Assembly (NCBI GenBank): GCA_951406725.2
Contig: OX597816.1
Location: 175,770,001 to 175,834,000 of the forward strand
Length of the DNA: 64,000 bases
Direction of reading: 5' to 3'
DNA from: Octopus vulgaris
Lineage: Eukaryota
Under the pieces are notes generated by a model. The model was not told where the DNA came from and searched no databases. It saw only the letters and a list, made by a program, of their open reading frames with translations. The position numbers were made by a program, and so were the translations under genes. Each line of letters starts with the position of its first letter. Position 1 is the first letter of the stretch. Below, in pieces: positions 12,075 through 26,865 of the stretch.

Positions 12075-15000
12075 GTAGCAAATGACAGTGAGAAAAGAAA
12101 GAAGAGAAAAGAGACAGAGATTGTTAAAGACTCAAACCAACCAACATTTTTGGACAGAACTCTCAACATAAATTTTTCTATATCCAATCTCATGCCATTT
12201 GTTGTCATCTTCCTCATCATCATTTAATATCTGCTTTCTATGCTGACAAGGGTTGGATGGTTTCACCTGAGCTAGCAAGCTGCACCAGGTCCAGTCTGAT
12301 TTGGCATGGTTTCTACAGCTGGATGCCCAGGTTAAATTTAAGACACTGTTGGTGCAATTGCTTTTACAGCTGCATGAATGCTCCTCTTAGTATCAAAACA
12401 TGCTTTATATATAAAAACTGCAAATGTGGATATGAATTCCACTAATAACACTTAATATTTTGGGTCAGAGCAGTATTACTTAATATTTTCTCTTCATCTA
12501 AATCAGTGGTTCCCATATTATATGCTGGGGTTTATTGGGATTACAAAAGTTATTAAGAGAGAAAGCATTTCTAAACGGATGTTCATTTCCTTATCAACCT
12601 TATGAGATTTCTATTGTTATGTGATCTACTCTACTGAGTGATTCCTACCCTTTAACATGACTCAGTAATGTCATAAGGTAATGCTTCAAAAATTGAGCAG
12701 TACTGCTCCAGCAACAATAAGAGAAGAGATGATAGATGCATCTGTAGAGTTTTTTTAGTCTATTCTTATTTAAATATCAACTTTAAACAAATTTAAATGT
12801 AATACTATGATAAACTGTTATCACAATAACAATGATAATAATAACAACACTAGCAATAACAAGAAACTTCAAAATGTAAATAAATAAATAAGCAAAACTA
12901 AATTTATGGATGTAAATTATAAACAATAAACAAAAGTATAATTTGAAAGACAGTCAAACAGTGGGTATTTCCATATATGCAATAAAGATAGTTTCTGCAT
13001 CTGTAGCATTAGGTAATGTCCCAAAATGCTTAAATATTATTGCTTTTAATAATGAGTCTCATTGTTAATCTCATGATGTGTCCACCTCCAAGTATAACCA
13101 AACAAAAGTCAACTTGCACATGAGCAGAAAAATCAATATATCTGCAAACATAAAAAATATAACCATTTTCTGAATGTTCAAATACAATATAAATTTGAAT
13201 ATAAAGATAAATTTCAATTGTAGCTATATATGAAGCACAAGGAATAAATAAATGAGTTTGGCTTAAAGTAATGTGCTAAGGGTTGGGTCAATAACCAAGA
13301 TTAAATGATATGAGAAATGTTTGTTTACTAGTGGGACCTGTGAAAATTCCACAGAATGAAAAATATTAAGAGAAGCTACCTAAGAAAGAAAGGATAATCT
13401 TTATTTTTATTTGGCTAAGTTATTTCACATCCAGTCACAATAATATATTTTATGATTTAAAAATTTCCACCTGCTCAGCGCTTTATATTTCTTTTTCGCT
13501 TCACCTCTTCAACAAACTTTTTAACCATGCATATTTAACATTTTTCTCTTTCTCTTCACATCGCACTTCCACTAACTACATGAGTGACAGCATAATGCAT
13601 TGACCAGCTATCTGTTCTCTCACTCACTCTCACATTCCCTCTTCCTCTCTCTCACACCACCACCTCCTCCTCGCTAACAAACTAAAGAGTAAAGTGTGAA
13701 CAAACAGGTGGAAGAATATTATAGATTTAGTTTGATGAAAAAAATACTTTCCACTATCAACAAACCACGACCATCATCAGTTTTCAGTAACAAAGCTCAT
13801 CTCATTTCATATCAGTCCAGCTGTTTGTTTATATCTACTTTTGCTGTCATTGTATCTCTACTCTGACAATACAAATGCTATCCGCCTCACTCTCTCTCTT
13901 AATGTAACTGCCTTCCTTGTCCATCTCTCTCTATTTACCTTTCTTTACCACCAGAACATCACCCTCTGCTAAATATTGTATCCTAAACATATCTTTTTCT
14001 TTACCCTTCCCTCCCCACCCTACAGTACATTGTTAACATTCCTCTCTACCTCTTCACTTTTCCCTTGAACTAACCACCTGATGCATTTGGCCTTATTATA
14101 CATCTTTCTCTACTTCTTTTCTTCTTGAATCACACTCCACCCCTCTCTCTCACTTTTACTCCACCTCTCTAACTAACTAAAGTATAATGGGGGAATGAAC
14201 AAGCAGATTATTATATAGATGATAAGGTGGTGCAGTGGTAAGTAATCACCTTTGACAGACTAGTACCTGGAACTAAACTGACTTATGTATACAAAGCTTT
14301 TTAATGATCAACGTATTGGCAGTAGATTTTTGTGGTATATTTAATTTTGTATTCATGGGGTACTGAAAAAGCATTAGTAAAAGAAAAGAGGTGGTAGTTA
14401 AAAGCCTGAGAAACATGCTATGGGGTATAAGATATTGGAAACAAGGCAGATGATAAATGACAAAGTTATGGAACCACTGATCTGATAAGTGAAGGGAGGA
14501 TATACTGCAGTAGTTCCCATTCCCACTGTAACTATTTATCCCTAGACGGAATGATTTATTGAGAGTTGAATTAGATGCTTTTGCCATGGTAACAAACCAT
14601 TGATCATTTAGCTGATACTCAACTAATCTTTTGATCTGTGACAATAAAAAAAATTTTTCAAAATACAAAAGCAGAATGAATAGGTCAACAAATATTAATC
14701 TCTGTTGTAATTTTAATATGGTGTCACCAAACAAATTTTGAGATTGAAGGAGAGAGAAGAATATGTGTTGTAGGTTATTGTAAAGATTTTATGATATATC
14801 CTGAAAATTCTTACAAATCTGAAACACACATAGACACAAAAGAAAATACAATGCAACAGAAAATAGTTAGAAATGATTTGGGATTAGCAGTAATAAAGTT
14901 TAAGTAATATTAATAATTCAGAGAATAAACAAAAAGGAAATATTTGTTAAATCTATAGGTTTTAAATTATGTAGTCAATAAAACGATACAGATATTTGTT

Positions 15001-18000
15001 TCCTACAGCAAATCTACAGAACTAATTGTCAGAACTGTGAAAATATATTTTAGCAGAAATGCATCATAATACAGGCTGCATTAAAGATACTTTAGCATGG
15101 TAGTCGATTCCCTCAATGTTAAACTTTTCCAAAGAAAACAAGACAATTATAAAAAAAGAGACAAATTTGAAAATGCTTAACATTAAGTTAATCAACTAAA
15201 GAGTCAAATCTTTAATCCAACATGCATGCATATAACACACATATAGGCAAAATACAAAACAAAAACAAAACCAACAACAAACACTTCAAAAAGAAAAGAA
15301 CTCCAAAGCTCATCAGTTTATTTCTACTTTAATAGCATTCCAACAATATACTGACCTCCAGGAAAGAAGAAAACTGCTGTAATAGTGGTTAAAATAAAGG
15401 ATACAACACATAGGTAGACATCAATAATTTTGGAGTTGTAAAAGCAGAAGCATATGCAGTAATATTAACTGAATATCACTGATGACAAAGCTACAACAGA
15501 TCACACAATCAACCACTACGTACACATGTATGTCATATACATAAACACATAGCAGAGACAAAGAATTTAGGTATGATAAAGGAATATTAAGATACTCATC
15601 CTAACAATGAAATACTACTATTGTCAACGTTATTTTGTACCTGCTTACTTTCATGTATTTTAATTTTTCTTCTAGTTTTCAAGGTTTAACATTATATAAT
15701 AACTGAGACAATGCAATGAAAAATATTAAGTTCAATATAGTGATGTTGTATGCTTAAAATCAGTTTAGAATATAGGATTAACTGGGTTTTCAGAAATCAT
15801 TATGAATGAATAAGTCCTTGGTGTGAGCTATGCAGATTCAATAATAGTTGCATCATAGATTATAAGCCATCTACAGCCTACCTAATACATTCTTGACAAG
15901 CTGCAGTCTTCTGAAATACTAAAGCTATTGAGAGAGACAGTTAGAGCCTGTATAAGCTTGTTGAAAAGACTTTAAGTTAATTTAACTACCCTAAAAGGCA
16001 TACTGCATAAGTGGTTGCAGACCTACTATATCTTAAATCTAACTCTAGACTAATTTCAAATAATAAAATGCAATAGAGATACTGTTGAAACAACAGAGTA
16101 GCTTCTGTCTAATGCAGTAGTCCCTGGAACTATGTAGATAGACTAAACAATCTAATGCCTCTAAAATTTCTAACACCAAAATGATTTAGAGATTTCAATA
16201 AAATCAAGAAAAAAAAAAGATTTGACAATCACTGCTATATTAATTATCTGGATCCAGCTACAACTAAACTGTTTTATATAATGATAAGGTAGAAACATTC
16301 TATATAAGAGCAACAAATCAAGGACCAAGAAATACATATTGAACCTTATGTAAAAACAAAAATAAAATATAAAACATAAAATCATGCAATGATAGCAAGA
16401 GCTGAAGAAACTTATAGTCACTTTTATTATGGCAATCTGCTGGCAAGAAAAACAAAATCAAAATATGGTCAGCATCAAGTAATTAAAACGAAAGTAAAAG
16501 TGAGATTTTATAGTTTTGAAAAAAAAAAAAAAAAATCATGTATATCTAGACATGAGATTTTTTTTCTTCCCTCTACACAATAATTCAAAAATACTATTTT
16601 TGATTTGACAAAAATAAGATAAAAGTTTAAATCTTTTTATTGAATAAAATAATTATAATGATTTCTAATAGAAAAGTCATAAACTAGGCTGTAGGAACAT
16701 TCAATTGAACTGAAATTTATTTCCATCAACCCCCAGGATGCAAAGCAAAGCTGACCTTGGTGGTACTTAGAAGGTATGTTGTCTGATCCTTCATGGATTA
16801 TATCAATAAAATATCAACTAAATAATACATTCAGTAAACTTTTTTAATAAGCCCTTTAAGTGCAGTACTGCAATTCAGTGTTGTTGTTTGGAACTGAGCC
16901 GCATTCTAGAAAGAAATTCCAGTCAAAAGACTTATTATGTGCATCTATTCTTTTGTGCTTTGTTCTTTGAATTTCTTCAAATTTTTCTTTCTTAGATTTT
17001 CAAACACAAAAGTAGTTAATACCTCAAGCAGTGAGTTAAAATTCAATGATTTCATTTATTAATGACTTAATTAGATAAAGAAAATCTGGAATTGGAGAAA
17101 ATAATTAAAGTAATATTTCAGTGTCATCTACACACACCCACAAACTAAGTGGTATCACAATTTATCAATTCTGAGCAGGAGTAGTGTTGCCACTATTGTT
17201 GGTCATTGCATCAATGCTTTAGTTAGTGAATGGAAAGGATGAACCCCCCCCCAAAAAAAAACCCAGTATTTTACTGATATATTTTAAATGTAAGGTCACC
17301 GTGTACTAGTGGGCTTATGAAAAAAACATAATTGTTGTAAAAGTAAATAATAATTGGTTGGGCTTAGCAAAACCCTTAAATGAAGAGATGAAGGCGTATT
17401 TTGAAATGTTTTTTCTGATGGTAACTTCCAAGTTGCAGAGACTACCTTGATCACAAATTCAGAGTTGGACATTGTTACCTTGGTTTTGATATCATGTAAA
17501 AATATGTGAAAACACATATCAACTTATCATATTTCAATCAACCTAGCCAGGTGAAACAGATATGACAACAGGTAAAAACCATATCCACAATATACACAAA
17601 TCTAGACTCGTGCAATAGTTATATTTTTATGATTTTTATACTGGGATAATTATATTTTATCAAAATCTCTAGTTTCTAACAGGACTTAAAGATTTATATA
17701 ACTTCAAAATTTTAGCCTAGTGAAAGTAAAAAAAGCAAAGATTGAACAGCGTAAGACAAAGAAAAGCTAAAATTATAAATCGACAAACATTTATACACAG
17801 TATACAACTAAAATAGTTGAATACATCAAGGTTTAGTGGTAGCATTAATCATAATATTGTTGTATTTCATTGATACAAGGCTACAAATTTTAGGGTATAG
17901 CATGGTCAAATGTATATACTAATGATACTTATTTTATCATCCCAGAAAGATGAAAATTGCAAATTTGAACTAAAAATGTAAGGGGTCACAGTTAAATATC

Positions 18001-18924
18001 ACAACATATTATGTCTGACACTCAACAAATTCTGCTATCCATTTCCTACATTAATGATAACAATGATTTCATTTACTATGCATAAAACTAACTAGCTCTA
18101 ATATATCATATATACATATTTTAATAATTATCAAAGTATGAACACCAATTTTGGTTATAATAAGAATTAAACATTAGGATTCCTGATCCTGTATATAACA
18201 TATCAATACTGAGTGTAAATTCTATGGGACACAAATATTCTTGATCTGGAATAACTTTGTAAGACACATTCTTACAATCTAGAGTATATATCAGGAATAT
18301 TTGTCATAACATGAAAGCACTAATAAAAAATAAAACAATATATTTCTTTTTAAGGGTTTGCAATTTTAACCACATCATGAGTGTATATATTTTCAAAACA
18401 AAATTTTGCTATCTTTATTCTTGCATGTCAACATTATGTCTTAAGAAGAGTGGAGGCAGATAGCAGAAGACTCACAGCTTTAATTACAACATTTCATATA
18501 GATCACCATAAATATGCAAATGTTTCGAAGTTGTTCTCTCTTCAGATGTTGACTTTAAATTGCCTATTCACTAACAATACTTCTCACCATAACTCAAGAT
18601 TTTACTCTAGTGAAAGTAAAAAAACAAACATTGAACAGGGTGAGACAAAGATTTTTATTTGACTATTCATTTTTCCACACCAGCATGGTTTGGACTGGTT
18701 TGCATTACAATATGTGATCAGTCATTTCAACTTTGTATTATCCTGTAAGGTAGGTGATCTTACTGTTTCTTTCCAGATTTTTGTTGACTTACTTATTGAT
18801 CATTTTTATTGAAAATTTATATTTGCATATTAAACTTAAGACAACATTATTATTGCAACATCTAAGTTTAATATTTACTATAAGTGACAGTGAACTGAAA
18901 AAAAGTTGTTGTATATATACTTAC

Positions 18925-19017
18925 ATGGTCATTAGTCTTGAAGGAATCAGAGTCTCTACCTCCAGCTATGCTAAAACCAAGACCACTCTTATCTCGAATA
19001 AGTGATGTAGATATTGT
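18925..19017 (-). CDS. scrib: Scribble exon, PDZ2 N-terminal part; 31 codons, phase 0/0
   Basis: ctttcttcttcag|ACA...CAT|gtaagt. Translates TISTSLIRDKSGLGFSIAGGRDSDSFKTNDH (GLGF carboxylate-binding loop). Confidence 0.93.
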
Positions 19018-19759
19018 CTGAAGAAGAAAGGAAAGACAAACCCATCAATTATAATAATTTTTTACTTAAAATGTTAGTATATTTCAATAAAGCTTGCTAT
19101 ATTTTCTCCATTTTGCATTTCACAAGAGAATATCTAACATTTGAGATGGCTTTTCATGATAGTCTCTTTTTCATGGCAATTGAATGTACTTAATGTTTTG
19201 ATTTTACCCTCTGCTGATACTGACCACCACCACCAGTCTCTTTAAATTCTTCATTATTTTCACAACTGTCTTTCTATGCTTGCATGGATTGGATGGGTTC
19301 TCTTTAACATAGCAACTTATCGCATACTACATTCTTGTCTCTATTTGCTTTGAGAGGTTCCCTTATTGAGATCAGCTTTCACTATTTCTGTTTCAAACTT
19401 GCTTGGTTTATCTCATCTTTCCATTTGAATCTTCTGACATCCTACTGTCATCATGCATACACATTAAATGTCTGTACTAATGAACTCTTCTGTCTTGCAT
19501 AATACATCTGAGCCTGCATACACTTAGTTTTTCTCACAGCTCATCTGTGCTTTGTCATTCATGCACACTGTTGCAATTATAAGATTCAATTGTCATTGTT
19601 AAAAAGCTCAATGAATTCAACATATATTTTTGTGTTCTGTTAGCAGAGAAGAGAGGAGATATGTAAAGCCATCAAAATCCAGTATAAAAGATACAAAAGG
19701 AAAACTTCTCTACAAACTTAGCTGATGACAGCTAAACCTAAAATTACAAATGTATTTTT

Positions 19760-20065
19760 ACTTGTTCCAGTCACTGTACTGCAGCCATGTTGGAGCAGTG
19801 CTTTAAAGGGTTTAGCTAAGTAAATCAACCCAGTACTTATTCTATCAGTCTCCTTTGCTGAACTGTTGTTACAGGCACATAAGCAAATGAACACCAATAA
19901 TCAAGCAGTGGGGGAGGAGGCAAACACAAATACATATACACAACAGACTTCCACACAAATTCCACCCACCAAATTCACTCACAAGGCATTGGTGGGGCCA
20001 GTGCTATAGTTGAAAACATTTGCCCAAGGTGCCATGCAATGGGACTGAGTGAACTTCTTAACCAT
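19760..20065 (-). mobile_element. Decayed SINE family B
   Basis: Diverged reverse complement of 29290-29727. Confidence 0.6.
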
Positions 20066-21021
20066 TCACCAATGCCACAATTGAACAAATTTTAGGGGCT
20101 GTTCCAATTGTTTTAGCTATGCAGCCTTAACCATCTTTACCTAAACTAACCTATGATATAGAGGCAGACAGCTTTAAGAAAAACAAATCATTTAGGCACC
20201 TTAGTAACATTGTTTTTCAGTTTGTTCTCCAACATGATGCACCAGTTGCCATGCAATAGCTGTAATAAGGTTGATCTGAGCAGAGTTTTACTGGCCAAAA
20301 AAAGCCTAAAATGGTGCTTGTTAATTCAAACGCAATATTTTCACTTATCCAAGAATGGACACAGGCCATTATTAATTCTCAGACCCACACAAAGCTGTAG
20401 CTATCTAATTCTTGGCCAACATACCTACATAACTCACTACTGATAATCAACAATGCAGCCTCCCACAAGTAACTATTATTGTAGTCGCCGTAATGTTAAT
20501 GGTTTCCTCAAAAACTTCAAATGGACTTACTTTGAATATGGGTAACAACATGCAGCCACAACCAGCCCTACCAATTATTTAACACTCTTTTAATCATGCT
20601 TCCACAGGCACAACGTTTTTTTAATGAATGACTGTTTACATAAAAAAGCACCCCCAAATCTGATACAACCAATTTTCTTAATGATCTGACAATAAGTAAA
20701 AAAAAAAAGGAGCCTTTGAATTAACAAGCACCATTTTAGGTATTTTCTTTCAATCATTACAGGAGTGATCTTCTGATATAAAATTTAAAATTTTCAACAG
20801 GACATTTAGAGTTAACACGAGATTATAATACAATATGTGGCAACATTTGACACAAGAAATATGACTGTAAAGTCTTATATTTAGTTGTAGTTGTTATATA
20901 ACCTCTGTTTGTTTTAACGGAGCAGATTATGGTAAAGAGTTGGCAGTAAAACCTTTGATGATTCTCACAACCAGATTCACAGATATTGTACATATTTGAC
21001 TGTGCATATTTGGGACATTAA

Positions 21022-23604
21022 CCCTTTCATTACAAACCCAGCCACAGCCTGGTTCATAAGACCAACCTTGGTCGTAGCCGGCCAAGAGCACCTATTGTTA
21101 TTTAAATGTAAATTTGAATCCAAATATCGTTAGTACATTTGTTAAAACACGTTATTTCACTTTGCAAACAGTTGAGTGAGTTATTGAGTTATTGGCATGA
21201 TATTTGAACTCAGTGAATTTTGGAAGATGTTTTTCTACATTTTTTTTGGTGTTAATTTTTTTCAACTTTGAAAACGGAGAGGAGTTTCATGCTATCAAGT
21301 GATTCCAAATTTGAAGGCTTTTCAATGGATGATATGGAGATATCGAGGAAAAGAATGAATGAGGTGCAAAACCACGTGGTGGATGGAAATGAATCAGATA
21401 TTTCTGTATCCGAAACCGAAAGCAGCGATTCTGAAGAAACTGAAAGCAGTGACATCGACAGCGAGGATGATTTTACACCAGAATGGAGTAAAAAGTTTAA
21501 AAAAGATTATATTAACAATTTTTCTGAGACAGGGTCTACCCATAGTCTTTCTCAGGAAGTGAAACCATTAGACTTTTTATTTTTATTTTTTCCAGCATGC
21601 TTGTTTGAAGCAATCACTGTGGAAACAAACCGTTACGCAGAATGTAAACAAGCTGGAAAAAAAGATAGCTTGTGGTTTCCTACAACTGTAGATGAAATAC
21701 GGGCATTTTTTGCCATAAATATTATTATGGGTATAAGACAGTTACCCAGAATTACAAATTACTGGAGCAATCAGGAACCTTTTGGCGATCAGTATGTTTC
21801 CAGTATTATTTCCCAAATACAATTTGTGAAACCAAACCAGTACCCCAGTACATCCACGTACTGGGGTACTGCTTGTATCTCTCACATATAAATACTGGTT
21901 TGGTTTCACAAATCATATTCGGGTCATTATGCTGGAAACAAACTTTGATCCCTTATTTAAAATAAGACTCCTCATCGACTGCGTTCAAAATGCATATAAA
22001 ACATTTTACAACCCTGGGAGATACTTATCTGTCAATGAGGGCATGGTGGGGTATAAAGGAAGGGTACGCTTCTGATAGTATATGCCAGGAAAGCCCACAA
22101 AATGGGGAATCAAAGTTTGGAGAATTTGTGAAGCAAATACTGGGTACCTCTGTGCATTTAGTTTTTATACTGGGAAAAGAGACAATAATGTTAGTCAGAA
22201 TGGCCTAGGGTACGATGTGGTCTGGAATTTTTCACTTCCATACCATAACCAGGGCCGTATATCATTTTTTGACCAATTTTTTAGTTCAGTCAAACTTGCG
22301 GTGGATTTAGAAGCTGTGGCAATGTATACATGTGCTACAGCCATTGCTCGTAGAAAAGGGCTGCCGTTGGATATAAAAAAAGCAAAATTAAAATAAAGAG
22401 GTGAAAAGATCCAACAGCAGAAAGGAAATCTGCTAGCGACCGCATACAGAGATAAGAGGCAGATAAATTTTCTATCTACCAGTGCACAACCATGTGTAGA
22501 TGAAAATGGCATCCCGTTTATGAACCTTGATTATAACAGGTACATGGGCGGTGTGGACCGGCTGAACCAGATGATGAGTTATTATCCGGTTGGTAGACCG
22601 GGTAATAAATGGTGGCGATACCTGGTTTGGTATATAGTAAACATGACCATTGTAAATGCATTTATATTATATACCAAATCAGGAGGGGTTCGCAAGCGGT
22701 GCGACCATCTGCAGTTCCGGGCAGGATATTCCTCAAAAATAATAACTGCAGGATGGAAAAGCAAAACCTGCCAGAGAGAAATTCCTCTGAGTTCAGCCGA
22801 TGCCCATAAATTAGAAAAAATTGGTTGTCACAAAAAGCAGTGCAGTGAATGTTTGCATCAATAAAGAAAAACTCCAGTGGATGGCCAGTTGAAACTTCTT
22901 TCCAATGTTCATTCTGCAAGGTTGCAGTATGTAGAATAGGATGTTTTACAGCTTTCCATGATAGAAATATTGTGTGAATATTGTATATATGTATGATTAG
23001 AGTGTATAAATATTTTTCAAATTTACTTCGTTTTTACTTTTTATTTACTTGTGATTTTAATTTGCCTGTAAGGTGAGTGACAAGTTTTGATTTAATTTCT
23101 ATTGTAAATCTTTATTATATATGTTCCTGTGTATTCATGTATGTGTGTGAGAATATTTCATTTAGTTGTATTTAATTTTCTAGTTTTCTTAAAAAACAAA
23201 TTCCAGTATTTTAGTTTATTTTACCTTTATGGTACACCTGTTCTTCTGTGCATTAAATTCAACTGATAATCTAGTGATGTTCACAGGTCTTCTATATCAA
23301 AGTTTTGTTGCATACCTCAATTAAATTAGCTGAAGACTCATTTTCTATGGTAATGTTTAAACAAAATTTTAATATTTTTACATTTTGCTCAGTTTACCTG
23401 GATTTACCTGTAATTAGAGTCACTTTGAGACAAAAATTATGGAATAGAATTTCTTCAATTGTATTCCAAATATCACATTAATATGTTGATAAGTAAAAAA
23501 AGTTACAGTTGTTTAATGAAACTAGTCTAAATTCGTGATTATTTTAGAATTTAATTGGAACTCATGAGGGGTGTATTTTGGTCAGAAATATGGTAACGAA
23601 AGGG
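21022..23604 (+). mobile_element. Full-length piggyBac transposon with disrupted PGBD4-like transposase
   Basis: TTAA (21018-21021) | CCCTTTCATTAC ... GTAACGAAAGGG | TTAA (23605-23608), 11/12 TIR match. Motifs MPGKPTKWGIKVW, FFDQFFSSV, YNRYMGGVD and a C-terminal Cys-rich domain. Confidence 0.93.
21290..22980 (+). pseudogene. piggyBac transposase pseudogene
   Basis: Split over ORFs 21268-21891, 22082-22396 and 22520-22864; first catalytic motif reads LSVNEGM (D to N). Confidence 0.85.
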
Positions 23605-23741
23605 TTAATCTGGTTGTTTTTATATGGTCACTCTTCAAATATGTAACCTAGTTCTGTCATCCGAGAGCAAGAATAGCTGTTTAAAGGAAGATTTCATTGA
23701 ATCTCTTCTATCAAGACTGAAATGAAAATAGGCTAACGTAC

Positions 23742-23819
23742 CTCGCCATAAACCTCCATTTCTGGCTCATTTGTAAAGCTCACTGTAGCAATACCAGTGT
23801 TTGTTTCTTCCTCGGTCAC
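23742..23819 (-). CDS. scrib: Scribble exon, PDZ1-PDZ2 linker; 26 codons, phase 0/0
   Basis: Strong polypyrimidine acceptor ttcttttcttccttttcatag|GTG and donor GAG|gtacgt. Open frame VTEEETNTGIATVSFTNEPEMEVYGE joins PDZ1 to PDZ2 in phase. Confidence 0.8.
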
Positions 23820-24069
23820 CTATGAAAAGGAAGAAAAGAAATCAGAATTATAAAGAAAATCAACATAATTTTCCTATTTTAGAATAAGCAGGTAAGAATT
23901 ACACATTATGTTTGCTGGAGCAGATACTGGACAGTTAAATAACAATTTCTAAACTTAAATTGGAAATGTACAGATCTAGGGTTTTCATTAGTAGGACTAT
24001 AAGAAAAGTACTGACCATAATTCATGAAATATAGTGTGGAATATCTGAATCACAAGAATTATAAGATGA

Positions 24070-26865
24070 TGCTTATAATATATAAGACAGAAGATGTGTG
24101 TGTGTGTATGTGACCAACCATTAAGTTGATGCCGTGTAAACTCAATGTTTTTCATCTGATTTTGTTCACACTTAGCAAATACATCACTTATGTTCCACAG
24201 ATGGTTCTTTCACTTATGGAATAATATGAAGTAATGGGGCTTCTAGAGAAAGGGTCAGAAAAACCTCCATTTCTGATGTATGGTGACTGTTGTGGACAAA
24301 GGGAAGAAACACTTTGCAAAGTAACATTCAGAAATTGATTGTCTCCCATACATTTGTATCACTCCACTATACTTTTTTTTTTGGTTGACAATCAGTGGGT
24401 CGTACCCCACAACAAGATACTCTGCAAAACATTTCATGCACCCATCACTGTAGAATTCTGTCAAATCCATATGTTACGTATGCAAGTACATTACCAAAGG
24501 ATTGGACAGAGCTGTTTTTCAAATAAACTCTACAGGATCAACAAATTTTACAAATGATGAAGTGACTCTTTTTTTGAAACTGGACACTACATATCCACCA
24601 ATGAAGCCATATGGAGAACCTTGGGATTCCCAATTCACGAATGATACCCTTATCTCAGTGTTCATTTGGACAATAGGCAGCGAATTTACCTCACAGAAGT
24701 CAGCCTCATTCAAGAAGCAGCTACCCTGCCAAAGACAGCTCTCACAGCCTCTTTTTTCACCAATACAAAGTCAACCCCTTCACAGAGTCTATTTTGTACC
24801 CTGAAGTGTGACATTATTATACATGGAATCAATCATCTTCCCAGTGGCAACAACAAAAACAAGGCTGGCATACACAGTTGGATCCAGTCATGTACAAAGG
24901 CAATACAATCAGACATGTCTACACAGTTCACCCCTTGAACTCCAAATGCTTCCATCTGCAGCTTTTACTTCATGTCATTAAAGAACCAAACTTCATTGAT
25001 GACCTTCACACACTGGATGGCCACTTATGCAGCACTTTCAAAGATGCCTGCTCCAAATGGAGACTTTTGGATACAGATGATCAACATGATAATGCACTCA
25101 AACAGGCCTCTCTGTGTTATTCTCCGCACAAGCTCTGACACCTTTTTGCAAATAATGCTGGTTTTCTGCAACCTGACAGACACGCATTCACTTTGGAATA
25201 AATACAAAGTCTCAATGTGCCATGACATTTTGCTGCAGACTTCCCAAATCACAGGTAGCGTTGACACTCCCACTACCCCTGCCATTTACAGCAGATGGCT
25301 TCTTCTCTTGGAAGACTTGGTTCTGGCAACTGGAGTTCAACAACTGGATGCTTACTCTCTCAACACCCCAGACAGAAATAAAGATGCCCGTCTCAATCGC
25401 CTCATTCTCAGAGAAACATCCTAAAACTTAAACAGTACATTGCTGACAAGCCCCTTCTGAATGCTGATCAAGTTGTCCTTAGAAACATCCGCACACGCAC
25501 TGGCGGAATCATCTCCTTAGACACATCTGGTTGAACTGGAAAAACATTCCTCCTGAATCTTCTTGTAGAGCTGCAGCATTATGGTGACCTTGTTATTGCT
25601 GTTTCCTGCTCAGGAATAGCCTTGACTCTTCTGAATGGCAGACGAAGAGCACACTCTACCTTCAAATTGCCTTTTAATGTAGCACATCATGAAAATCCAA
25701 TGTACCACATATTGTATTCCTCAGACAAAGTGAAAATTTTGAAAAAGTGCAAACTCATTGTTTGGGATGAAGCAACTATGTCCCATAAATGTTCCCTACA
25801 AGCACTTGATACCACAATGAGAGACCTTAGATCGAACAACATCCTTTGAGGTGCGACTCTACATCTTGCAGGAGATTTTTGACAAATTCTGCCTATTATA
25901 CCCTAAAGAACACCCACTGATGAACTTAATGTCTGCCTTAAAATATCCCTCGTTGGTTGCACGTCCAATCGAAACAACTCACCATCAATATGAGATCACA
26001 CATAGACTGGTTAGCCTACAACTCAGTTTTCAGAAATGCTCCTTAAAATTGGTAATGGACAAATTATGTCTAACGACAATGGATATATTGACACTACCAT
26101 TGTTGGCCACACTGTCTCCAGCCTTGATGACTTATGTTCTGCTGATTACCCAAATCTTACAATGGAATACATAAAACCAGATTGGCTACTTGACAGGGTT
26201 GTGCTTGCACCTACAAATGCAGCTGTCAACACGTAACTATGACTTACTCAGTCAGCCACCTTCTCAAGAACATTATTACAAAGCAGTCAACACTGTTACC
26301 AACTTTGATCAGGTTACACACTTTACAACAGAATTTCTAAACTCCTAAGATCCCCCAGGACACCTTCCCCATGAACTTCACTTAAAAGTCAGTTGCCCTG
26401 TCATCCTTCTATGCAATCTAAATGCACCCACACTATGCAATGGAACTCGCCTTGTGGTCAAGCAAATGAAGAACCATTGTTCCAGAGTTGACCATCCAGA
26501 CAACTTAATCCTCTATGCTCCTGAAGGAAAAACCAAAAATGTCGTCTACAAAACAGCCCTACAGTAGTTATTCCTCCACTGCAATCTTCACATCTTCACC
26601 AAACTGTAGCCATTAGCAATCAGACTTCCTGCAAGCATTTCATTGATATTTTGCTTCATTTCCCTGATTGCTGTTAACAATACATTACCTTCAATGACCC
26701 TTTTTACTTCACACATGCTGTTCACTCATAAGCATGCTCTGACATTAATTGTTCTACATGCCATTATCCTATTTGTGTGTTTGATATAAATGTTTGCTTT
26801 TCTTTATCATACATGACTTTCATTGAAAAAAGGCTTCAATGCGGTTGCGTCAGGCATATTACAAG
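24070..26865 (+). mobile_element. Decayed, internally deleted autonomous-type Helitron (Rep/Pif1-helicase remnants)
   Basis: DNQWVVPHNKILCKTFHA, VYTVHPLNSKCFHL, TGKTFL, AHSTFKLP, KLIVWDEATMSHK, LAPTN, LCNGTRL motifs with many stops and frameshifts. Confidence 0.88.

Noticed and set aside
14273-14734. 153-aa minus-strand ORF in the scrib intron
   Set aside because: Non-ATG start, composition typical of AT-rich noncoding DNA, no PDZ motifs or convincing splice sites.
20100-20900. Possible very old minus-strand CR1/L2 remnant
   Set aside because: Only faint motif traces; cannot be supported without an alignment.
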